Part shown: positions 40,884-51,413 of the stretch, piece after piece | How the letters are laid out: each line of letters opens with the position of its first letter | Numbering within the stretch: position 1 is the stretch's first letter | From: Porphyridium purpureum | Taxonomy: Eukaryota | Assembly: GCA_008690995.1 (NCBI GenBank) | Contig: VRMN01000001.1 | Location: 2,728,001 to 2,792,000, forward strand | Length of the DNA stretch: 64,000 nt | Reading direction: 5' to 3' | Notes under the pieces: generated by a model | What the model was told of the DNA's origin: nothing | Seen by the model: only the letters and a program-made list of their open reading frames with translations | The model's database searches: none | Translations under genes and position numbers: made by a program

Positions 40884-41228
40884 CTAGCTGCGCCACTTCA
40901 GAACGCCGGCCTTTGGGTACTTGTCCTGGAATTTCTTGTACCAACCCATGAGTTGTTGAATCTCCTGGGGACTGAGATCATCTGTATTCTTCTCGAGGTC
41001 GACAATGGCCGGATCCAAGCACCCTGTCGCGAGCGCAAATGAGGCATCCCTACCGGCAAACAAGTTGTACGGCCCGCCCGGCCCGTAAAACGACGACGCG
41101 CCAGACATGTCGAAGACGGTGATTTCCAGCGACTCGACGTCCCTCACCGCCACGTAAATAGGCGTGTTGTCTGCGCCCGTGTTTGGACGCAGCTCTTCTC
41201 TCGAGAACTCGCGCACTGCCTCCGCCAT
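40884..41228 (-). CDS. Cytochrome b5-like heme/steroid-binding (MAPR family) protein
   Basis: IYVAV...VFDMS...FYGPGGPYNLFAGRDASFALA...W...F..KYP..G.L. Confidence 0.9.
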   Translation of the reverse strand: MAEAVREFSREELRPNTGADNTPIYVAVRDVESLEITVFDMSGASSFYGPGGPYNLFAGRDASFALATGCLDPAIVDLEKNTDDLSPQEIQQLMGWYKKFQDKYPKAGVLKWRS

Positions 41229-41419
41229 GGCGCACAACTGCTTCGTCTTCGTCTTCGTGCCTACCACCGCAGTTTGTGAATCCGACACCAGCAGAAAGAA
41301 ACCAGAGAAACCGGCAAGTTCGTATTTAAAGGGCCCGTTCTGATGAGAAGCGAAACGAGGCTTGTGCGCTGTCAGTGCATGTGCAAGTTGAGGATCCGGT
41401 CGCCCGCGCGGTGAATGGA

Positions 41420-42121
41420 ATGGGCGCGGCGCAAACTTGCGAGAATGAGGCGTTTCGGGCGCTGCGTGAGTGTGCGGTATGTGCGCTGAACGAGCACCAA
41501 GTTTGCGACTCCTGCTGCGCAGTGCTGAAGCGCTTTGACGCTCTTGTCTTTGATTGTGATGGCACGCTCGTCGATTCGATGCCGATGCATTTCGAGTCCT
41601 TTCAGGAGGTTTGCAGAGAGTTCGGACTAGACTTTAGCGAACAGCGCTTCTACGAGCTGGGCGGTGTGCCAGTAGATACGATTTTTGAACGACTCGGTCG
41701 CGAGCAGGGCGTGAACATTGATGTGCAGCGCTGTGTGGCCATGAAGAATGAGGTGTTTCACCGGACTTTCATTCACAACGTCACTGAGATCGCGTGTGTG
41801 ACTCGATATGCACGTGCTGCGCTGCAGATGGGCATTCCGTGCGGCGTGTGCAGTGGTTCGGAGCGGCGAGACGTGCTGACCGAACTGCGCGACACCGGGC
41901 TGCTCGAGCTGTTCGCTGACGACGCCATCGTCACGCGTGAAGACGTCAAGCACGGCAAACCGGCGCCAGACCCGTACCTGCTCGCGGCCGACCGACTCGG
42001 CGTGAGCGGCAAACAGTGCATCGCATTCGAAGACAGCCACGGCGGCGTTTCGTCGATCATGGCAGCTCACATGTGCCCTGTGTATGTGCCTGACTTGCAT
42101 CTGTATCCGCGCAGGTACTGA
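41420..42121 (+). CDS. HAD-superfamily hydrolase (beta-PGM/YqaB-like)
   Basis: FDCDGTLVDS, GKPAPDPY and FEDS motifs. Confidence 0.9.
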   Translation: MGAAQTCENEAFRALRECAVCALNEHQVCDSCCAVLKRFDALVFDCDGTLVDSMPMHFESFQEVCREFGLDFSEQRFYELGGVPVDTIFERLGREQGVNIDVQRCVAMKNEVFHRTFIHNVTEIACVTRYARAALQMGIPCGVCSGSERRDVLTELRDTGLLELFADDAIVTREDVKHGKPAPDPYLLAADRLGVSGKQCIAFEDSHGGVSSIMAAHMCPVYVPDLHLYPRRY

Positions 42122-42288
42122 CCGAGCTTTCCGGCCCGCGCGAGAACGAGCAGCATCTATGCGTAGAAGCCACGTCATTCTAAACCTCCAGACTGCGACT
42201 CGAGCTGACGTCGACGAACGTCCTTCCAGTGACTACGAAGCCATGACCCCCGAAAACCTGAGCGCTTCTCACAGCGCGCTGGGCAGCC

Positions 42289-42350
42289 GGACGAGCAATC
42301 CGGACGAGCAATCCGGACGAGCAAGCGGGACGAGCAATATGGATGAGCAG
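42289..42350. repeat. Degenerate 13-bp tandem repeat (GGACGAGCAATCC), ~5 copies
   Basis: Read directly in intergenic DNA. Confidence 0.85.
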
Positions 42351-42690
42351 ACCGGCCGGCAATGCAGGCTCCTATCTGATGCCACGCATCAGCTCGAGGC
42401 TCTCCGGCTTCCCTGCTCCCTCGCTGCTCATCCACACCCGGCACGACTGTACATTTTGTACAGTGCAAGCCGGTGTCTTTGGGGTAGAGGTACAGTTGGC
42501 GCAGGTTCAGCGCGTCGCAGCGTACGTGCGCGGCTCATTTGGACCGACCTTGCGACAGAAGAGACGAGCCGATCGGTATGGGGATGGTCAAGTCGGCGCG
42601 AGGAAGGAGAAGGGAGAGAGGGAAGAGAACGGAGGCGGCAGTGGTGGAGTGATCAGGGGGCTTGAAGCAGAAGAAGAGATAAGATTCGCG

Positions 42691-42966
42691 ATGGGATTGG
42701 AGGACGTGTTCAAGGAGGCCGCGGACAAGATCAAGGAGGTCAGCGGCGTGTCGAACGATGACATGCTGTTCTTGTACGGACACTTCAAGCAGGCCACCGT
42801 GGGTGACTGCACCACAGAGCGCCCGGGCGGCCTGTTCAACCAGAAGGAGAAGATGAAGTGGGACGCGTGGAACGAGCGCAAGGGCATGGCCAAGGATGAC
42901 GCCATGAAGGCGTACATCGCAAAGGTCGACGCGCTTGCCGGCACCGAATTTGCGTCCAAAATTTAG
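42691..42966 (+). CDS. ACBP: Acyl-CoA-binding protein
   Basis: LYGHFKQATVGDC...RPG...KWDAW...KGM...AMKAYI. Confidence 0.96.
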   Translation: MGLEDVFKEAADKIKEVSGVSNDDMLFLYGHFKQATVGDCTTERPGGLFNQKEKMKWDAWNERKGMAKDDAMKAYIAKVDALAGTEFASKI

Positions 42967-43570
42967 TCGGGCGCCGTCGGCGAGTCGTAAGCCAGATCGC
43001 GCTTTTTTCTCTAGAAGTAGCTTGAGTCCATCCTTTTGTCCGATGTGGAAATTTTCCGGCAAACTTTAAAGCAAAAGGCATCGAAACGAATTCTGACTAC
43101 GGCGCGCAGACTCTGTACGCGGGGCTGGCTCACGTCGCGGCACACAACCCACGCAAACTGCTAACCCATGTGATGCTTCTCCAGTGGGACTCTACACACC
43201 TTCGCAACCGACCTCTGGACTCGTGCACGACTTTCTCTCCACCCACGCACACACACGCCTCCGTATTGACCCACTCCAGACCCCACGCAAGTGTTCCTCG
43301 AGAAACCGGTTGCCAGCACCAGCAGAAATGCAAACGCGCAACGGTATAAAAAGAAGAGAGCGGGTGTGGTGCAGAAGAGTAGCGGTTCGGGAAGGAAGAG
43401 CGACAGAGATAAGGTATCGTGGGGTGTGTGTGTGTGTCGGTGCGTCGTTATTTGCTGTGCCCACACTCCCGGCACTGAAGGAGAGCTGGGCGGTTTCGGG
43501 ACTCGGAAGACTCGCTGAGCTTTGTGAGGGGAAAGAGGCAGTGGCAGTTGTGGGGCGCAGCGTTTGAGAG

Positions 43571-43954
43571 ATGGGGTTGTCGGGAAGCAAGGAGGAAGTG
43601 TGGTTCTACTTGGCGTCGGAAGGGAAAAAGAAGCCGTGGAAGAAGGTCGGGCCGTTCCGGCTGTACGCGCTGGCACAGATGTACAAGGAGGAGCAGATTA
43701 CCGATGAGACCATGGTGTGGAGCAACATCAAGTTCCGCATGGACCCAAATGAATCTCGTAAAAAAGATTACATGGATGGCTGGGTCAAGATACGCGACAT
43801 GCCGATGGAATTCCACACGCGGTTCCAACCCATGGTCGCGTCGGCGCAGGACCGCCGCCAGGCTGGTCAGCCACTCGCGCCCCTTGCACCGCACACGCCG
43901 GTCCAGGGATACGAAAACATGCAGAGTCCGGCAATGCCGGCAGGATATGCTTAG
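43571..43954 (+). CDS. Small GYF_2 (DUF4339)-like domain protein with possible N-myristoylation site
   Basis: WFY...GPF...L...I..ETMVW...W pattern; MGLSGS start. Confidence 0.7.
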   Translation: MGLSGSKEEVWFYLASEGKKKPWKKVGPFRLYALAQMYKEEQITDETMVWSNIKFRMDPNESRKKDYMDGWVKIRDMPMEFHTRFQPMVASAQDRRQAGQPLAPLAPHTPVQGYENMQSPAMPAGYA

Positions 43955-44122
43955 GAAGGACGTAAAAGCCTCACGGTCTAGTTTACTTTCTACTATACAT
44001 GTTGTTGAAGTACTTGCTTTCGGCGTCTAACGCTTCAACTTGCACCATTTCTTTTTTTCCGGCGGAATCCGCACTTCCACAGGCCACATGAAGATCAGCA
44101 GCCGGACCACTGCCAATCGCTT

Positions 44123-46069
44123 TTATAGCAACTCGAAATCTACCGCGAGAGCGCAGTGATCTGAGCTCCATACCGTATTGGGAATGGCGAGATGGGCCGG
44201 GTTTGACGAAACCACGCTTCCCGGTGGCTCACCGACCAACTCCGCCTCGTCGGGCAAACGAAGCACCGCGCGCACACGGATACCCGCCTGCAGAAACCAA
44301 ATATAATCGAGCGTACCGCGGTATTCTGCCGTGTAATTGGTAAACATCGGCTCCTCGCCCAATGTCTGCGCATAAGCAGATTGGAACGGAAGACCGGTGT
44401 ACAAGTTGAGTCGCGGGAGCACGTTGTACGGATCTTTGGCTTGCGAGGCCGGTCCGCGCACCATGCCGGTGTTGATCAGCTCGTACACATCACTGTCTGG
44501 CTCGCTGTTGAAATCACCAGCGAGTATAATGGGACACTGCGTATTGAGTTCGGACAACATGTGTAAGAATGCCTGCACTTGGAAAATTTTCACGTCCTGC
44601 TTCTCCGGGTCCCAGTAAATGTGCGTGTTAGCCACGCATACCGTTTCGCATGCACCATCGCGCTTCCGAAGCATTGTGGCCATCCCCACGTTTCCGCGAA
44701 TGAATCGATTCACCAGACGCGCCTGCGAAACTGGGTCACCCAGTTGTCGAGCCACGTTGTCGTACTCAATCGTGTGATTTTCAAGTAGCTCCAGCCGAGA
44801 AGTACGGTAAAAGGTGGCACACCCATCTACCTTGCCTTTCCTGCCCATGGGCTCGCGCGTCTTGGCCTTGAATAAGCCCGCGTACCCAAGTCGCTCGAAG
44901 GCCGGCTTAATATCTGACTCGTACTGGTCCTCCTGGATTTCCTGCAGGCAATAAACGTCACTGTCATACTGGCTGAGCTCGCGGAGTAGATTCACACAAC
45001 GGTACGACCACGCCAACGCCCAGCTAGGGCAGTGATCATACCGTTCACCTTGCGTGTATATCTCCGCGAGGCAGTTGTACGACACGAGGCGCAGCGCCGC
45101 AGAACCATATCGATTGGTCGCGCTGTCCATGTCGATCGAATGCAGCTGCAGGCCTCCCGGCAGCGAGTCGTCGTGCACGAGCACCAGCATATCGCGGCGC
45201 GGTGGACCTGCTGGTATCCCGAGCACGCGCTCGCTATCAACAGACATCCAGGCTCCCGCACCGGTCTGCTTACTGTGGCAGCGCACAGCGAGCTGGAGCG
45301 TGCAACCAATGTCCTCTGCCACAGGTACGTACACGCGCTGCTTACCCACCACCACGTTCCGGCGCCGATTTTCCTGAAATGTTTGCAAGATGAGCTCCTG
45401 AGGATCGTTCGACGCATGATTCTGCTTGCTGGCGTGCCCAGGGTTCCCAGTCGATGAGCTTGGCGGCGGGTTGAATGCCATCCGGATGATTTCGACGCGC
45501 GAGTCAATGTCGAGTTGCCTTATAGCTTCTCGTGCTTTTGTCTGCGCAAACTGCAGAGCACGCAGCGTTTGCCACGTGCTGTGCATGTGCGCCTCAGAGC
45601 AAAACCGGCTACTGTTTAAGGCTTCACAGAGCGCAGCGCGGTCCTCGCTCTGCATCTGCTCAGAGACCTGTATCTGAGCGAATTTGAGCAGCGGAGCAAA
45701 CTGAATGACGGCCGGGCGGCCGCAGTCGCGTTGCGCGCATGACAACGCCCAAGTGCACTTTTGCCACTGATACTCGAGCGTGTAACGGTCAGAGTCGGAG
45801 CTGCGCGATGGACTGGTACTATATCCATTCACAGTCGTCGAAGAAGTTATTCCGACAGATCCTGCGCTTTGCGAATCTTGCGCCTCATGCGACAGGGCGT
45901 AATCTTCGAGCCACTCGTTCGACTTGATGGAACCATCCGGCAACCGAATCACAACGAACGGCACGAGCGCGCACTGCTCGACGGGTACCGTCGTGCACAG
46001 AAACTCGCACCGCAAGATCTCACACGTGGTTCCACGTGCGGACACCGCGGCGCCCGCGTGCCCGCTCAT
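44123..46069 (-). CDS. CCR4: CCR4-type deadenylase (EEP family)
   Basis: SYNCLAE, CLQE, NTHIYWDP, AGDFNS, TLDYI and SDH motifs; plant CCR4-like N-terminus. Confidence 0.9.
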   Translation of the reverse strand: MSGHAGAAVSARGTTCEILRCEFLCTTVPVEQCALVPFVVIRLPDGSIKSNEWLEDYALSHEAQDSQSAGSVGITSSTTVNGYSTSPSRSSDSDRYTLEYQWQKCTWALSCAQRDCGRPAVIQFAPLLKFAQIQVSEQMQSEDRAALCEALNSSRFCSEAHMHSTWQTLRALQFAQTKAREAIRQLDIDSRVEIIRMAFNPPPSSSTGNPGHASKQNHASNDPQELILQTFQENRRRNVVVGKQRVYVPVAEDIGCTLQLAVRCHSKQTGAGAWMSVDSERVLGIPAGPPRRDMLVLVHDDSLPGGLQLHSIDMDSATNRYGSAALRLVSYNCLAEIYTQGERYDHCPSWALAWSYRCVNLLRELSQYDSDVYCLQEIQEDQYESDIKPAFERLGYAGLFKAKTREPMGRKGKVDGCATFYRTSRLELLENHTIEYDNVARQLGDPVSQARLVNRFIRGNVGMATMLRKRDGACETVCVANTHIYWDPEKQDVKIFQVQAFLHMLSELNTQCPIILAGDFNSEPDSDVYELINTGMVRGPASQAKDPYNVLPRLNLYTGLPFQSAYAQTLGEEPMFTNYTAEYRGTLDYIWFLQAGIRVRAVLRLPDEAELVGEPPGSVVSSNPAHLAIPNTVWSSDHCALAVDFELL

Positions 46070-46402
46070 CGCCGCGCGCACATCCACTCCCCCGCCCCAC
46101 TCCCTCCACCGACCAATCCGCACGCCGGAAACGCCTCGGGCATCTTCGCCTTACCATCCCACACAAGCCGCGCCATCTTCGTATTATTTAAGGTTTGTTA
46201 ATTAATTAAATCCAACCTTCAAAAAGTGAAAGTATCGGCCAACTGTACCACGAGCTTGGCGGTGTACTTTTCGGAGTGTACCGCGTGGAATGGAAGAACC
46301 GAGCTGCTGCGTTTTGTGTCCTGGTGCGTGAACCGGCGAAAGTCTACTTCCGGCTGGAGGTGAAGGACGCTTCTTGTGGGGCAAAGCAAAGGTGACGACA
46401 CA

Positions 46403-46642
46403 ATGAAGTATGGAGGGTTCTGGTCCACCGTCGTGCGGCGTCCGCTGTATTTCGGCATTCTCCAATGGGGCTTGGTGTTCACGAGCGGACTGTCCATGTA
46501 CTACATTGGCACGGCGCTCGCCGCGCAGCTTAACCTGGGGGACAAGTTCAAAAAGTATAACAGGGTGACGTCCCGCGCAGATGTCTATGATGCGATTGCT
46601 GTTCGTAACACAAGGGAGGTGAGCGATAAATCTTCGAAATAG
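46403..46642 (+). CDS. Small single-TM protein, possibly cytochrome bc1 subunit 9-like
   Basis: 79 aa; RRxxYF then a hydrophobic helix then NLGDKF, resembling the QCR9 layout. Confidence 0.45.
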   Translation: MKYGGFWSTVVRRPLYFGILQWGLVFTSGLSMYYIGTALAAQLNLGDKFKKYNRVTSRADVYDAIAVRNTREVSDKSSK

Positions 46643-46670
46643 ATGCACAACGTGTGCGTTGTTTTTTTCC

Positions 46671-49535
46671 CTAGGACTCGAGCTGGCGTGCCGCGCGGTC
46701 CACGACCTTGAGAAATTCAGTGTACGGTACCCGAAGAAGAGGTCGCCCGACTTCTCCAGGGCGAGATGACATACCGCCAGCTGATGCGGAAGAGACTGAA
46801 GAGAACGAGGCCAGCGTCGACGTATGAACTCCGTCTTCAATGAGCAGCGATGAAAAGAGACGGCTTTGTGGCGTGCTCGACCCTTCTCGACACAGCTCGA
46901 TCCTGGCACCAAAGGGACGATCCTTACTCACATGGACAACGGTCTGCATGAGCTTCGAATCGATAGGTGGCGGGTATGTGCACTTCGCGCGTTGCGTGTA
47001 GAAAATCACAACGGTATCGTACGCATCCAATAGAAAAACCGTGTACTTGCCGTCATGCAGCAGCAGGCTCTTTGACGACAAGACCAACTCGCGAGATGCT
47101 GAACTCTCGATCGTCTCAAAACCAACTAAACGAGGATATACACACTGTACGAGAGACTCGGGTGGCAGCGATGTCCACAGCAATCGGAGCGCGACCTGTT
47201 CATCATCCGCTAGGCATGGTACATTTTCACCATTCCCAGCGTCCTTTGCGCGCGCAGTAAGCCGACTGCGCATGAGCCCAAAGACGATTCGTGGGATTCC
47301 TGCAAGCGCAGGGATGCTTGCAAGTGCTTCGACGCGCGATGCGGTGGTTCCCGTGGATGAAGCCATGAATCCGCCGGCCCCCGAAAAGGACCCCTTTGTC
47401 TCAGACGATGATGACTCGGTTTGACTTGCGGCTTGCGGGCCGCAACACACCAAATTTGCGAGCCAATCCCGAAGCATCAGCGACGCTTCTTCCTCGCCCT
47501 GATCCTGAGCGGCCAGCAGAAACTTGTGCAGTAGAACTTTTAGCACGACGGGCATGTCGCACTCCTTCTGTATCAGCGTCTTGGATTGCGCAGTTCCAAA
47601 TGACCGCGTGCACACACGTAATAGGCGTGCTAGGCGCATATTGCCCTGCTTGTCCTGGTACACTCGAGTATACCTGTACGCGACCTGCATGCAGGGCGCC
47701 AGTACGCTTCCCATAAATCCTTCTATATTGCAGAACGCAAGATCTGCAGCAACACAAGAGCGTTCGCCACGCATGGCGAATGAGTAGACCGTGTATCCTG
47801 CGTCCAGGAAGCTCGCCATGGACTGGAAGCTACTTGCATAGAGCCTTGCCACCTGGAATTCGGGTGTCGTGCGTATCCGCAGGACGCCCTGAAAGGCAGT
47901 TGCTTCGGTCAAACTTCTGACAAGGTCGTCGTGAAGCCTGTCAGAATCGAGCCAGTCCATGCAAAGTACGACACGCCCTCCAGTAATGTGCACGAGCCTT
48001 TGGATACTCGCGAGTCCCAATACATAGTGCCGACTCGCGACGACGTCAATCATTATACCTAGCTGCGCAGCGAGGCGCGCTTCGATATCGAGCACATTAT
48101 GGGAAGCCAAACGGAGCCATGCAAAGCTACGCGACGCGAGACGAGATGACTTTTGCGCTAGCGAAGACGAGCGTGACTTTGCGAACGATGATGATGCGTG
48201 CTCGAGTTCGAAGGCGTCCACGGTGCCGCTCTCTTCATCCTTGATGAGCGAGTCCTTCACGCTAGACTCACTTTGCAAAGAAGAGGAACGACGTTGCTCT
48301 TGGGTGAGCTCAAGCGGCGGGCCGCCGAGGAAAAGAGTCACGCGGCAACAGTTGATTCGAGCCGCGGGGCCATGCCGCCGCAAAAAGAAGTCAATGACTA
48401 GCCGTATGACCCCCGAGACTTGTCGCCCAGGCTCAGCGCTAGACTGCTGCTTGCGCTTCGCACTGGCATCCTTCAAGTCTTGCAAGGCGTCCATGGCGCG
48501 TGCAAATCGTTGCTGTGCTTCTTTTGAATCGCATGGCTGCCAGAATCGCTCCGGCTGCACGACACGCGCAAGAAGTGAGTCACGCGTCACATCCTCGTCT
48601 TCTTGCAGCAGCAAATGTCCTCCCGCAGTGCGCAATAGGGTGGAGAGAATGTCCTTGGAAGCGACTGTTGCGGCAACTGCCTGCGTCCCGGCAGCTGGAG
48701 GTGGAGATACACTCCTGAGCACCGGGACGCGGCCCGAAAAATCAAGCACTCCCACTCGATCGTCACCCTCGTGACCGATGACCAACACCCCGACGACCAC
48801 TTGTTTTGAGCCGCCAAAGCACGCTTGCACGGAGGATGTGACGGCAAGCAGCACACTTTCTAAGTCGCGCATCGGAATTGAAAAGTCAATCACAAACAGG
48901 TAGGAAATGAAATCCGGTGCGGCAGCTCTCTTTTCTGCAGCAGGAAGCAAGGTCGATGGCAGCTGCGGTGCGGCAACGGCCGCGGGCTGGAACACATCCG
49001 CATAGTTTTGCCCCAGATCAACCTCAAAGTCTGAGTACTGGAATTCCGGAAAAATCGCGTTGCCCCCAAGAATGCCTCCTGTGGCGCGACCCCGATCGCT
49101 TCGATCGCTTTTCACTGAACTGGTCCGCGAAAGCTGCTGCCTGCCAACAGTGTAATGAACGTCTTGCGAGGAGCGCGTCGTCTCGTGCTGATGCTCCCTC
49201 CAATCTTCCGCAGCATTGACGTACGAGCTCGGAAGCGTATTCTTACGCCCGCATAGCACGCACCTCCACCTATAATCCTGAGCCACACGTGCCAAGTTGC
49301 ATACGTACGCGCCACAGGCCGCGCATCTTCCTATGGTTTCCTCCGAGTCGAGATTCTCAGGATCGCTCGCATCACTAGGCCCGTTCGCGCCTGGTCGCTT
49401 CTTGCCGCGGCTAGGCGCAATTGCTTGCTCCAGAGGCAACGGCAGCAGCGGCGAGAACGCAATCGCCCACGGCAACGCGGCGCCATTTTTGGTGACAGCG
49501 TCGGCCGGGAAACGCTCGGAGCATGACCGTAACAT
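46671..49535 (-). CDS. Sec23/Sec24-family protein
   Basis: RFP...LPW...SPL start, RCxxCxAY...WRCxxC zinc finger, trunk, LRIRTTPEF beta-sandwich, FLLDAY gelsolin-like region. Confidence 0.85.
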   Translation of the reverse strand: MLRSCSERFPADAVTKNGAALPWAIAFSPLLPLPLEQAIAPSRGKKRPGANGPSDASDPENLDSEETIGRCAACGAYVCNLARVAQDYRWRCVLCGRKNTLPSSYVNAAEDWREHQHETTRSSQDVHYTVGRQQLSRTSSVKSDRSDRGRATGGILGGNAIFPEFQYSDFEVDLGQNYADVFQPAAVAAPQLPSTLLPAAEKRAAAPDFISYLFVIDFSIPMRDLESVLLAVTSSVQACFGGSKQVVVGVLVIGHEGDDRVGVLDFSGRVPVLRSVSPPPAAGTQAVAATVASKDILSTLLRTAGGHLLLQEDEDVTRDSLLARVVQPERFWQPCDSKEAQQRFARAMDALQDLKDASAKRKQQSSAEPGRQVSGVIRLVIDFFLRRHGPAARINCCRVTLFLGGPPLELTQEQRRSSSLQSESSVKDSLIKDEESGTVDAFELEHASSSFAKSRSSSLAQKSSRLASRSFAWLRLASHNVLDIEARLAAQLGIMIDVVASRHYVLGLASIQRLVHITGGRVVLCMDWLDSDRLHDDLVRSLTEATAFQGVLRIRTTPEFQVARLYASSFQSMASFLDAGYTVYSFAMRGERSCVAADLAFCNIEGFMGSVLAPCMQVAYRYTRVYQDKQGNMRLARLLRVCTRSFGTAQSKTLIQKECDMPVVLKVLLHKFLLAAQDQGEEEASLMLRDWLANLVCCGPQAASQTESSSSETKGSFSGAGGFMASSTGTTASRVEALASIPALAGIPRIVFGLMRSRLTARAKDAGNGENVPCLADDEQVALRLLWTSLPPESLVQCVYPRLVGFETIESSASRELVLSSKSLLLHDGKYTVFLLDAYDTVVIFYTQRAKCTYPPPIDSKLMQTVVHVSKDRPFGARIELCREGSSTPQSRLFSSLLIEDGVHTSTLASFSSVSSASAGGMSSRPGEVGRPLLRVPYTEFLKVVDRAARQLES

Positions 49536-50479
49536 TGCAATCTCGCTCGCTTCTCCGTCAGCCGACTCATCCAGTGGCGTGGGTGACGCCCGTGCTGCGC
49601 TTGTACGCGACCAAAGTGCGGAGAGCTGTGTCAAATGGACATCAGTTCGCGAGACATCTGCAGAGCGCGCCACCGGTGGTTGCGCCGACGGTGCAGGACA
49701 GGCGGCGCGCGGCGCGTTTGAGTTCAACCGCCGTGGAGCTCTACGACTTGGTGAGCGGCCGTGATGAAGAAACACGACTCGTGCAATACGAGGAAGCGTG
49801 GGATCTGCAGAGAAGGCTCCGGCAGCGTGTAATGAATCAGATTCCACCGCCGTTACCAGGTGGACAAGAGAATGCGGTCTCACTGGATGGACGTGCGTTC
49901 CTGCACGCGGTGGTAGTCGTCGAGCACGCGCCGGTCTACACTCTGGGCACGGGTTCGACTTCTGACAACGTGCTGTTCGATCCGGACTGCCCACCGTACG
50001 GAGCGTCGCTGGTGCGGACAGAGCGAGGCGGTGAGGTAACGTACCATGGACCAGGACAGCTCGTGTTGTACCCAATCTTGCATCTGGGTGAGCACAACAG
50101 TTCGTTCAAAAAGGATCTGCATTGGTACGTGAGCAAGTTGGAGGAGAGCGTGATCCTCACGCTGGCGGAGTACGGACTGTCTGCCGGGCGCAAGAAGGGC
50201 CTTATCGGGGTATGGGTGGGCGATGCAAAGTACTGTGCCATCGGCGTCAAGGTCAGCAAGTGGGTGACGATGCACGGGCTTGCGTTGAATGTAAGCACCG
50301 ACATGGAACCTTTTAGTTACATTGTGCCATGTGGTATCCACGAGTATGCGGTGGGCTCGTTGAACAGCTCCAGGCATGTAAAATGCAATGTGCCGCTCCA
50401 CGAGGTTAAGCAACGCCTGTTGCATAATTTTGCAAACGTGTTCGATGTCACTTTTGCACCGCCTTCGATGATTTGGTGA
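49523..50479 (+). CDS. LIP2: Octanoyltransferase (lipoyl synthesis), organelle-targeted
   Basis: EHAPVYTLG, RGGEVTYHGPGQLVLYP, HGLALNV and IVPCGI motifs. Confidence 0.95.
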   Translation: MTVTLQSRSLLRQPTHPVAWVTPVLRLYATKVRRAVSNGHQFARHLQSAPPVVAPTVQDRRRAARLSSTAVELYDLVSGRDEETRLVQYEEAWDLQRRLRQRVMNQIPPPLPGGQENAVSLDGRAFLHAVVVVEHAPVYTLGTGSTSDNVLFDPDCPPYGASLVRTERGGEVTYHGPGQLVLYPILHLGEHNSSFKKDLHWYVSKLEESVILTLAEYGLSAGRKKGLIGVWVGDAKYCAIGVKVSKWVTMHGLALNVSTDMEPFSYIVPCGIHEYAVGSLNSSRHVKCNVPLHEVKQRLLHNFANVFDVTFAPPSMIW

Positions 50480-50565
50480 ATTAGAAATGCCCTCACGCGC
50501 GAGCACGCGCGTGCACGCGTGCTTCCACGACTGTTCAAGGTATTCCTAATTTTTTAGAAGTTCCC

Positions 50566-51285
50566 TTACGGCAGGCAGTCTGGGTTGAGTACCTTCGTGT
50601 CGCTCAAGTAGGACCTTGGTGTGATGACATTGAGTCGCGTGCGCAGCTCAACGATGTCTACCTCAAAACATTTTTCGTACTCGACACTGAGCAGGTCCTC
50701 GCACGTCGACCCACACCGAACTGCCCATGGAACGAGTTCCGACAGGAGAACTTTTCTGTTCCTGCTGGAGACCATTGCGGGGCTTGCCAACGCACTTAGA
50801 GTTGCCACTGGTAAACGCGTGTGCACAGCTTCCATCCACTTCTGACCCAACTCCCCAAGAACGGTAGGCCGCAGAGCGGTGAGCGTGTGCCAGAAGTCGT
50901 GGCATTCTCTGTACCGCAGCATAATGTACGCAAGCTCCGGATCGTCAACGAAGCGCACGTCCGGGCGCTCGTCCGCGCGGAAACCGTACGCGCGCATCCA
51001 CTTTGCGTAGCAATGACCAAACGTGCTGGATGGAAGTTCCAAGAGCTGGGGCAACCTTTTTTGGACATCATCCTTAAACATGTACCGCTCCTGCAGGACG
51101 CGCCGGCCCGCCGGCGAGCGGCTCATGCGTTCCCTCAATGCGCGCAGCGCAGGCGCGCCGGTGGTTTCCCCCAGCGCAGCCACGAGATCTGCTCGGCGTG
51201 GGTCCGCAAATGAAACCACGGCAGATCCCACGGCAAGCGACATGCGCCCCAGCACCGACAGGCGCGGCAGCGGTGGCGGCGGCAT
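50566..51285 (-). CDS. COQ4: Ubiquinone biosynthesis protein COQ4
   Basis: DPRRADLVAALGETTG and RYRECHDFWH...GE motif. Confidence 0.95.
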   Translation of the reverse strand: MPPPPLPRLSVLGRMSLAVGSAVVSFADPRRADLVAALGETTGAPALRALRERMSRSPAGRRVLQERYMFKDDVQKRLPQLLELPSSTFGHCYAKWMRAYGFRADERPDVRFVDDPELAYIMLRYRECHDFWHTLTALRPTVLGELGQKWMEAVHTRLPVATLSALASPAMVSSRNRKVLLSELVPWAVRCGSTCEDLLSVEYEKCFEVDIVELRTRLNVITPRSYLSDTKVLNPDCLP

Positions 51286-51413
51286 GGCTGAAAAACATGA
51301 CGCCTGTTGCGCACCACCGCGCCTTCCATCACGCGTTCTCAACGCGCAGCCGTGCAGTTCCGTGTACCCCGCGGTACAGTCACGTCGTGCGCCAAACCCT
51401 AGAAGGAGAAACC

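Noticed and set aside
49536..50075. 180-aa N-terminal extension of the Sec23/24-like ORF in the ORF track
   Set aside because: It is antisense to LipB; family-like sequence begins at Met 49535
1..51285. Apparent respiratory/CoQ gene cluster (NDUFV1, COQ10, QCR9-like, LIP2, COQ4)
   Set aside because: The genes are scattered among unrelated ones, with no evidence of clustering beyond chance
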